Part shown: piece after piece, positions 57,741 to 64,000 of the stretch | How positions within the stretch are numbered: the stretch's first letter is position 1 | How the letters are laid out: every line of letters starts with the position of its first letter | Assembly: GCA_963771175.1 (NCBI GenBank) | Contig: CAVYSY010000056.1 | Span: forward strand, 96,001 to 160,000 | Direction: 5' to 3' | Origin: an uncultured delta proteobacterium | GTDB taxonomy: Bacteria > Myxococcota > Myxococcia > Myxococcales > Myxococcaceae | DNA length: 64,000 bases | Program-made: the position numbers and the translations under genes | The notes under the pieces: model-generated | The model's database searches: none | What the model was told of the DNA's origin: nothing | The model's input: the letters and a program-made list of their open reading frames with translations, nothing else

Positions 57741-57821
57741 TCAGAGCCGGTCGCAGCCGCGGGCGTAGGCCCACGCGAGCGCGAAGAAGCCGACGGTCAC
57801 GAGCACGAGGACGAGGTCCAT
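57741..57821 (-). CDS. 26-aa hydrophobic peptide upstream of kdpF
   Basis: Intact ORF MDLVLVLVTVGFFALAWAYARGCDRL with an AGGAG RBS, packed between the porin and kdpF. Confidence 0.7.
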   Translation of the reverse strand: MDLVLVLVTVGFFALAWAYARGCDRL

Positions 57822-57830
57822 GGGGGACTC

Positions 57831-58982
57831 CTAGAAGTAGGCGGTGGCACCCGCCACCACGAGGGTCTGGGTGGAACGCGGGACGGGCGTGCCCTCGGCG
57901 GTCGTCTCGGAGCCGCCGAAGACGTCCGCGGTGGAGCGGTCGTGCCGCGCCTCCAGCTTGAGGACGAGGTGCTCGGCGGGCTTCACCTCCAGGGTGACGG
58001 TGCCCTCCGCGAGCCGCTGGGCCGTGCCGCTGATGAGGCCGTCCCGGTCGTTGAAGAACTCCGCGCGCGCGACCACCGCCACCGGCCGGGCCACCTGCAC
58101 GCGGGCGTTGAGACCGGCGGCGTACCAGAGGGCCGCGTCCTGCCCGGGGCGCCGCTGGGTGCCCACGTCCGCGGTGCCCGAGACGCTGAAGGCGTCCGTC
58201 ACCTTGTAGGTGGCCACCAGGTCCCCGAAGAGGCGCAGGCCCGTCGCTGCCTCCCGAGCCCTCCTCGCCGATGAAGGTGTTGAAGGCGGCGGAGAGCCGC
58301 TCGCCCGCGTAGGCCACCTGCGTGCCCAGCGCCTTGCCCCGGTTGTTCTCGCCGATGCGTCTGCCAGCCGTTGAGCAGGTGCAGCTGAGCGCTCCAGGCG
58401 TCGGAGAACTTCCAGGTGCCCTTGAGACCCGTCTGGTAGTAGGGCGACAGCTCGCCCATCCACGAGCGCGTGTACGTCCAGTTGAGCTGGGACTGGAAGC
58501 GACTCGAGGCCGATGTGGCTCGGGTACACGCCGGCCTCCAGCGTGAGGGGCCCGTGCGCGTAGGACAGCGAGGCCTGCTGCAGGAAGCGCCACACGTCGG
58601 GCCCGATGGCGGTGCCCACCGGCTCCGCGGCATGCACCACCTCCATCGCGGTGCCGACGCCCACCAGCACGCGGAGGCCCACCGGCTCCGGCTCCAGGCT
58701 CACGCCCAGGCTGGCGAGGTTGAGGGAGAACTCGTTGTCGCGTTTGGCGGTGGTGCCGGTGCCGGGGATGAAGTTGGCGCCATCCGCCGGGCGGTTGAAG
58801 TTGTAGCCGTAGTAGACGTCGGCCCCGCCCTCCACCTTCAGCCGGGAGACGAGCGACTCGAGCGCGGAGGGGGCCGGCTCCTCCTCGGCCGGAGGTGTCG
58901 GGGGGGAAGTGGGCGGCTCGGCGGGGCTCGCCTGGCCGAGCAGCAGGTACGGCAGCAGGGAAGACAAGGTGAAAGGGTTCAT
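57831..58982 (-). CDS. Outer-membrane beta-barrel porin (BBP2/OmpL-like); frameshifted at about 58240-58500
   Basis: DVYYGYNFNRP; SHIGLES; NWTYTRS..ELSPYYQTG; LLNGWQ; ARAEFFND; KLEARHDRS; terminal TAYF. Confidence 0.8.
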   Translation of the reverse strand: MNPFTLSSLLPYLLLGQASPAEPPTSPPTPPAEEEPAPSALESLVSRLKVEGGADVYYGYNFNRPADGANFIPGTGTTAKRDNEFSLNLASLGVSLEPEPVGLRVLVGVGTAMEVVHAAEPVGTAIGPDVWRFLQQASLSYAHGPLTLEAGVYPSHIGLESLPVPAQLDVHALVDGRAVALLPDGSQGHLEVLRRLERSAAPAQRLADASARTTGARRWARRWPTRASGSPPPSTPSSARRAREAATGLRLFGDLVATYKVTDAFSVSGTADVGTQRRPGQDAALWYAAGLNARVQVARPVAVVARAEFFNDRDGLISGTAQRLAEGTVTLEVKPAEHLVLKLEARHDRSTADVFGGSETTAEGTPVPRSTQTLVVAGATAYF

Positions 58983-58998
58983 GGACGTGCCCCCTTGG

Positions 58999-59014
58999 AG
59001 CACCCGCCGTACCA
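58999..59014 (-). promoter_or_regulatory. Candidate sigma54 promoter for the porin-kdp operon
   Basis: Minus strand TGGTACGGCGGGTGCT (GG-N10-GC); would give a very short leader. Confidence 0.5.
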
Positions 59015-59068
59015 CCCCCCACGCCACGAAAACCCAGGGATTCTGAAGGCTTGCGGACGTCTCCCCCG

Positions 59069-59695
59069 TCACCGTGGTTGCAACTTGCACGGCCTGCCCG
59101 CTTCGGGCCGTGCTCCATGAAAGGAACACCATTGCCCACACAGGGAGGAACAGGTCCCCCGCCACACGGGCAGGAGACCGGGCGCTCTAGGGGGCGCCCG
59201 TGGGCACATGGACGTCGTGCCGGGCCTGCTGCTGGCCAGGTAGGCGTCCTCGGCCTGCACCAGGAGCGCGCGGATGGCGGCGGCGGAGGGTGCCTCCACC
59301 AACGCCTGGCGCAAGCGCGCGTCCCGCAGCAGCGCCGCGATGCGCGCGAGCACACCCAGGTGCGTGCCCGGTCCGTGCGCCGGAGACACGAGCGTCACGA
59401 AGAGGCGCACCGGCTTCCCGTCCCGCGCTCCGAAGTCCACCCCCTCGCGCTGCACGGCGACACAGGCGGTGATCTGCCGCATCCGCTCGACGCGGCAGTG
59501 GGGAATGGCCACCCCCTCGCCAATGGCGGTACTGGAGATGCGCTCCCGCGCGACGAGCTGCTGCTCGAGCTGCTCACTCGAGGCCCTCGTCCTCGACGCG
59601 AGCATGCCGGCCAGCTCGTGCAACACGCCCGCCCTGTCCCGGGCCCTCAGGTCCGGACGGATGCAATCCTCCGCCAGGAAATCGGTGAAACGCAT
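59069..59695 (-). CDS. PTS IIA (fructose/nitrogen-regulatory type) protein; true stop may be nearer 59187
   Basis: RERISSTAIGEGVAIPHC (phospho-His motif), GVDFGARDGKPV, HLGVLARIA; GGGAGG RBS. Confidence 0.85.
   Translation of the reverse strand: MRFTDFLAEDCIRPDLRARDRAGVLHELAGMLASRTRASSEQLEQQLVARERISSTAIGEGVAIPHCRVERMRQITACVAVQREGVDFGARDGKPVRLFVTLVSPAHGPGTHLGVLARIAALLRDARLRQALVEAPSAAAIRALLVQAEDAYLASSRPGTTSMCPRAPPRAPGLLPVWRGTCSSLCGQWCSFHGARPEAGRPCKLQPR
59076..59092 (-). promoter_or_regulatory. Candidate activator-binding box upstream of the porin-kdp operon
   Basis: Minus strand CCGTGCAAGTTGCAACC; matches 47807-47823 except in the central spacer. Confidence 0.55.
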
Positions 59696-59901
59696 CTCAC
59701 ACCTCCCAGGAACGCACGCCGGAGGAGACGCACTCCGCACGCGAGCGGGCCCGTGCGGCACCGGGCGCCCTCCGACACATGCTCGGAATGGTGGGACGCA
59801 TCGGCAAGCCCCTCCGTTCCGAGCGGACGTCCCAGCTCACCCCGGTGTCCGGTGGCACACCCGCCTGGCCCTCGGGCGAGCAGCGCCACGAGCGTCTGCT
59901 C

Positions 59902-60633
59902 CTAGGAGTCTGGCGCCGACTCCCCGCCGTAGAAGCGCCGCAGCTCCTCGTAGAGGTCCGGCGTCTTCTCCCTCATCTGGCGCGGCTTCTCGAAGAAGGA
60001 CTCGGTGGCCACGGCGAAGAACTCGGCCTCGTTCACGCCGCCGTAGTCGTCCAGCACCTGACGCTCCAGGGGCCGGCCCTGCCGCAGCTTCAGGAAGTGC
60101 TCGCCCATCACCGAGGCCCACGCCCGGTAGTGCGAGTAGCGGCGCAGGTTCGGCGTCCCATCGAAGGCCCCGTCCTCGCGGTCCAGCACATGGGCGAACT
60201 CGTGCGTGGCGGTGGAGTGGCCGTCGTGCGGATTCCCCAGCCCCGCCAGCACCGACTGCCACGAGAGGATGACGGAGCCCCAGTGCTTCGCCTCGCCGAG
60301 CACCACGCCCGTACGGTCCGGAATCCGGAAGGCATCCGGGTAGACGATGACCTCGCGCAGCCGGTCGTAATAGGAGAGGTCCAGGTACAGCACCAGCCGC
60401 ACCGCCGTGGCCGACACCACCACGCGGACCTCGTCGGTGATGGAGAAGCCTCCCGCCCCGATGAACTCCTTCTCCCAGGCGAAGACCTTGAGCAGGTCCA
60501 GGAAGCGCTGGCGCGGCTCCGGCGCGAGCTCCCCGAGGAAGGGGACACGCCGCTCCAGGTAGCCGAGCCACTCGGGAGGGAACGGGCGGCGCAGCAGTCG
60601 GCGCCGCCAGAGGGAGTGAAAGAGACCAGCCAT
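59902..60633 (-). CDS. MtfA-like Zn-dependent peptidase (M90 family)
   Basis: GEA..WGSVILSW, HEFAHVLD, DG.P, YGGVNEAEFFAVATESFFEKP. Confidence 0.88.
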   Translation of the reverse strand: MAGLFHSLWRRRLLRRPFPPEWLGYLERRVPFLGELAPEPRQRFLDLLKVFAWEKEFIGAGGFSITDEVRVVVSATAVRLVLYLDLSYYDRLREVIVYPDAFRIPDRTGVVLGEAKHWGSVILSWQSVLAGLGNPHDGHSTATHEFAHVLDREDGAFDGTPNLRRYSHYRAWASVMGEHFLKLRQGRPLERQVLDDYGGVNEAEFFAVATESFFEKPRQMREKTPDLYEELRRFYGGESAPDS

Positions 60634-60643
60634 CGACTCCAGC

Positions 60644-61177
60644 TTAGCGGACCAGGACGAGCCGGCGCGCCGTGGGCACCACGGGCCTCGGGGCGGGCCG
60701 CTCCAGCACCTCGCCGAGCGCCTCCACCACCCGAGCGAAGAGCTGGTGGTCCTGGCAGCACAGCACCTGCCGCTCGCCCTCGGCGGTGCGCACCGTCAGC
60801 CACCAGGTGTCCGCCGCCACCACCAGCCTCGAGATGGAGGCGAAGACGAACACCGTGGCCACCAGCAGCGCCGCCGTCACCCGGAGCGAGCCCGGCTGCA
60901 GCAGCAGCGCCGGCACCACCAGCGCCGCCGCCACCCCCACCGCCAGGGGCAGCTTGAGGTCCGGAGACGCGTGACGCGTGCCGAAGTCTCGAATCTCCTC
61001 CAGCCGCCAGGAGTGGCCCGCCGCCTCCAGCCGCTCGTTCGTCAAGCGGAAGCCCTCCGCGGACACCAGCACCCGCTCGCCCAGAGGGGTGCGCGGCTCG
61101 GCTGGAACGGAGGGAACCAGCCTCAGCACGGACCTCGGGCGCGGCTGCGCCACCGACCAGGACTCACGCTCCATCAT
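60644..61177 (-). CDS. Hypothetical membrane protein (two TM helices inserted in a PH-like region; DUF6232-like, tentative)
   Basis: FRLTNERL..W.LEEI, two hydrophobic helices, WLTVRTAEGERQVL. Confidence 0.6.
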   Translation of the reverse strand: MMERESWSVAQPRPRSVLRLVPSVPAEPRTPLGERVLVSAEGFRLTNERLEAAGHSWRLEEIRDFGTRHASPDLKLPLAVGVAAALVVPALLLQPGSLRVTAALLVATVFVFASISRLVVAADTWWLTVRTAEGERQVLCCQDHQLFARVVEALGEVLERPAPRPVVPTARRLVLVR

Positions 61178-61592
61178 CGCGCCTCCCGCGTTCACCCTGC
61201 ATACCTGGAGCGTCCGAGACGCCCCCTCGGCCCCGAGGACGTGGAGAAACCTCCACCACCTCCCGCAGCAGCCCCTTCAACTCCTCCAGCGGAGTGCCCA
61301 GCGCGTAACACCCGCGCGCCCCCTGGTTCAGCGACGAGCGCCGCAGCCGCTCGTCGTCGAAGGGCAGCAGCACGATGACAGGCGCTGGCCCCGCCTCATT
61401 CCCGGCCCCCCGCAACACCCGCGAGACACTGTCCTCCCCCTGCACCAGCGCGAGCACCACGTCCGGCCGGGCCTCGACGCCGGAGGGATGCAGGACGATG
61501 CCCATGTCACCGAGCACGTCGCGCAGCAGCGAGCACAGCGACTCATCCGCGTCCGGCGCGAGGATGACGCAGCACGACAAGGGGTGGCGCAT
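61164..61592 (-). CDS. Degenerate single-domain receiver-like protein
   Basis: CheY-like topology (PDVVLAL, PVIVLL, GARGCY) without the canonical phospho-Asp and Lys; GAGGAG RBS. Confidence 0.55.
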   Translation of the reverse strand: MRHPLSCCVILAPDADESLCSLLRDVLGDMGIVLHPSGVEARPDVVLALVQGEDSVSRVLRGAGNEAGPAPVIVLLPFDDERLRRSSLNQGARGCYALGTPLEELKGLLREVVEVSPRPRGRGGVSDAPGMQGERGRRDDGA

Positions 61593-61616
61593 GGCGGCTC
61601 CTCACCCCCAAGCACC

Positions 61617-61632
61617 AGCAAGTCACATGCCC
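61617..61632 (-). promoter_or_regulatory. Candidate sigma54 promoter for the receiver-like gene and those downstream
   Basis: Minus strand GGGCATGTGACTTGCT; predicted +1 falls just before the RBS. Confidence 0.6.
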
Positions 61633-61735
61633 GTAGTCGCTCCCTCGGGAGCGCCGCGACGCGATGCGCCGGAACGTGGCAGCCTGCAAGACCGCCCTGG
61701 CGGATTGCCAGAAAGGGGGAGCAGGAGACGGCGGC

Positions 61736-63424
61736 TCAGTGCAGGGTGTGGGCCCGCGAGGCCGGGCTCAGGGTTCCGCCGGACACCGACACCGTCGCCG
61801 AGCCCACCGTCGAGGACTTGAAATAGAAGGTCGCCTCCGCCTGCGGGTTCAAGAGGGCCACGGTCGAGAGCGCACTCCCGGTGCAAGCCGGGTCCGCGTG
61901 GAAGGTGAGGCCCGAGGCCGCCGGGCCCGAGGCCGCCAGGGTGAATGTCCCCGACGCGGGCACGAGGTTTCCGGCCGAGTCCTGGCTCTGCACGGTGACC
62001 TTGCCGGAGCAGGCGCCGGTCGCGAGGTCGTACGCGGGCGTGAGGAACGCGAGCATGGCGGCCGGCCCGACGGGCACCACCTCGACGGTGAAGGTGCGGT
62101 CGGGCACCGTGGCCGGGTCGTAGCCCGCTCCGGAGATGACGTTCGAGGTGATGACGTTGCCAGTGCCGTAGTCCGCGATGGCGGCCTGGTAGGTGGCGTT
62201 GGTGGCCGCGCCGTTGCGGAGGGTATTGCCGGCCACGCGGATGCGCGTCGGCGTCGAGGGCGCATCGCCCGCGGAGCCCTCGAGCTGGGAGAGGTAGATG
62301 CCAATGTCGTTGTCGACGAGGGTGTTGCCCTCGATGGCGAAGTCGCTCACCAACGGGCTGCTGGCGCCGAAGTAGCTGCCCCCGGTGACCAGGATGCCCG
62401 TGCCGATGGTGTCCGCCGCGGGGCCCGTGTAGGCATTCCCGGAGACAGTGTTCCCCGACACCCGCCCCCTGGCCCCGAAGCTGACCTGGATGCCATTGCG
62501 GGCGACGTGGGTCACCGGCCCCCGAGCATCCACCGTGTTGTCGGAGAGGGCCACCTCCACGGCGCCGACGACCAGGATGCCAATCTTCTGGGCGGCCACG
62601 ACACGGTTGCGCAGCACGTCCACCCGGAAGCGGCCACGGTTCGCGTCGTCGTTACGCACCTCGATGCCGAAGCCCTCCTGACAGCCGCTCGCGCCCGAGC
62701 CTCTCTGGAGGTCGAGCACCGTGGAGCCCACGACCTCGCCCGAGGCCCCTTCGAGCAGGATGCCGCGGAGCCGCGCCGCGCCGGACTCGCAGACATCCCG
62801 CAAGCCGCTGGCGGTGACGGTCACGTCGCGGACGCGCGCAGTGGCGCCCCGGTTGCGAATCACGGCCCCGGTGAAGTGGCCGCCCGGCGGGTCCACCACC
62901 GTGACGGTGTGTCCCTGGCCGTCGAACGTGTAGTCGTCCGGGACGAGCAGCGTTGTGTCCGTGGTGCAGTCGGCCGCCAGCGCGATGCGCCCGTCCTCCA
63001 GCGAGAAGAGACACTCGGCCCGCGTGCACGTGGGGCCCGTCCAGGTGACCGGGAACGTGTGGGAGATGCTGCGCCCCGCGCTGTCGGTGACCGTCATCGT
63101 CACCGTGGGAGTCACCCCGGGAGGCAGACAGGACAGGGCAGTCCAGACCACCTCACTGCGGCCCGCATCGTTCACCGGAGTGCTCACGGTGCCCGCGTTC
63201 GTGGACCACGTGAAGGACAGGGACTCACTCCGGGTGGCGGAGACGGTGACACCCAGGCGCATGACGTCCCCGGAGCCCACCGAGGCCGGCGACTGCACGG
63301 TCTCCTCGATGACGAGGGGTACCCGGTAGGTGACGCGGGGCGCTCCGTGTTCGTCACAGCCCACCGCCAGCAGCGTCAGACCCATGGCGAGGAGCGACAG
63401 GCGCTTCACTTCCGCTCGGCTCAT
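61736..63424 (-). CDS. Lipoprotein with PKD/Ig-like and right-handed beta-helix domains
   Basis: Lipobox LAVGC; LSFTWS..VTVTDSAG; repeated GI..N strands (QKIGILV, RNGIQV, NDIGIYL); C-terminal Ig-like part. Confidence 0.8.
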   Translation of the reverse strand: MSRAEVKRLSLLAMGLTLLAVGCDEHGAPRVTYRVPLVIEETVQSPASVGSGDVMRLGVTVSATRSESLSFTWSTNAGTVSTPVNDAGRSEVVWTALSCLPPGVTPTVTMTVTDSAGRSISHTFPVTWTGPTCTRAECLFSLEDGRIALAADCTTDTTLLVPDDYTFDGQGHTVTVVDPPGGHFTGAVIRNRGATARVRDVTVTASGLRDVCESGAARLRGILLEGASGEVVGSTVLDLQRGSGASGCQEGFGIEVRNDDANRGRFRVDVLRNRVVAAQKIGILVVGAVEVALSDNTVDARGPVTHVARNGIQVSFGARGRVSGNTVSGNAYTGPAADTIGTGILVTGGSYFGASSPLVSDFAIEGNTLVDNDIGIYLSQLEGSAGDAPSTPTRIRVAGNTLRNGAATNATYQAAIADYGTGNVITSNVISGAGYDPATVPDRTFTVEVVPVGPAAMLAFLTPAYDLATGACSGKVTVQSQDSAGNLVPASGTFTLAASGPAASGLTFHADPACTGSALSTVALLNPQAEATFYFKSSTVGSATVSVSGGTLSPASRAHTLH

Positions 63425-63601
63425 GCGCGTCACGATACCGGCGCGTCCCCGGACCGCAAACAAGGGTCTCCGGCTCAGCGCGGTCGAGTGACCAGCTCTG
63501 GACGTCCAATGGGACGGAGTGTGGAGGCCTCCATCCGAGGTGCGCCGCGACGGACACAAACTCGCCCACGAGACTGGCACGCGGGAATGATGACGGCCGC
63601 C

Positions 63602-64000
63602 ATGGACACCTCCTCCCGACGCACCCTCTGGGTTTCCCTGCTGGCCGCGCTGGTGCTCGCCCTGCCCACCGTCTGGATGGGCTTCATCAACGACGACTTC
63701 ATCCACCTGCTCATCCTCGAGGGCTTTCCGTCCCTGGCCTCGCCCTACGACCTGTTCCGCTTCGCGGGCGGCGACCCCGAGGGCCTGCAGCGGATGATCG
63801 CCAAGGGGCCTTATCCATGGTGGACGCTGCCCGAGCTGAAGCTGGCCTTCTGGCGCCCCCTGTCGAGCGCGCTCGCGGTGCTGGACCACTCGCTCTTCGG
63901 CCGAAACCCGGTGGGCTACCACCTGCACTCGCTGGCCTGGTACCTCGGCATGGTGGCCCTCTTCGGCACCCTGCTGCGGCGCTTCCTGCCGGGAGCCGTG
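63602..64000 (+). CDS. Membrane GT-C-like glycosyltransferase/hypothetical protein, runs off the window
   Basis: Manual translation MDTSSRRTLWVSLLAALVLALP..GFINDDFIH..FWRPLSS..FGRNPVGYHLHSL; DD after TM1 and RPL/GYHL motifs. Confidence 0.65.
   Translation, partial: MDTSSRRTLWVSLLAALVLALPTVWMGFINDDFIHLLILEGFPSLASPYDLFRFAGGDPEGLQRMIAKGPYPWWTLPELKLAFWRPLSSALAVLDHSLFGRNPVGYHLHSLAWYLGMVALFGTLLRRFLPGAV

Overview
A very GC-rich window whose gene content and codon style look myxobacterial (Archangium/Cystobacter-like; inferred, not proven). From left to right: three tandem sensor histidine kinases; a vWA protein with a membrane partner; a composite palindromic intergenic repeat; a DUF5916-type outer-membrane protein; an orphan AbiEi-type antitoxin with an operator-like inverted repeat; an AsmA protein; an ABC-ATPase + DUF4276 (TOPRIM-like) pair; a Zn-binding/barstar-like fusion; a degenerate ThDP enzyme; three paralogous Ser/Thr kinase-pseudocyclase-AAA-TPR genes (one decayed); a sigma54-controlled sulfide-oxidation module (sqr, activator, pdo, rhodanese, tauE) with visible promoters and enhancer repeats; an MCP; and an unusual kdp locus. 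That locus runs porin, 26-aa peptide, kdpFABC, a stand-alone KdpD-N/USP protein and a KinB-like kinase, has an NtrC/AlgB-type sigma54 activator instead of KdpE, and carries a shared CCGTGCA-N3-TGCAACC box, two 4-Cys micro-proteins and a neighbouring PTS IIA. Many single-base frameshifts, densest at about 48-58.5 kb, look like assembly or polishing errors rather than real pseudogenes. No rRNA, tRNA, CRISPR array or transposase was recognised. All family assignments are from motif reading by eye; no searches were run.
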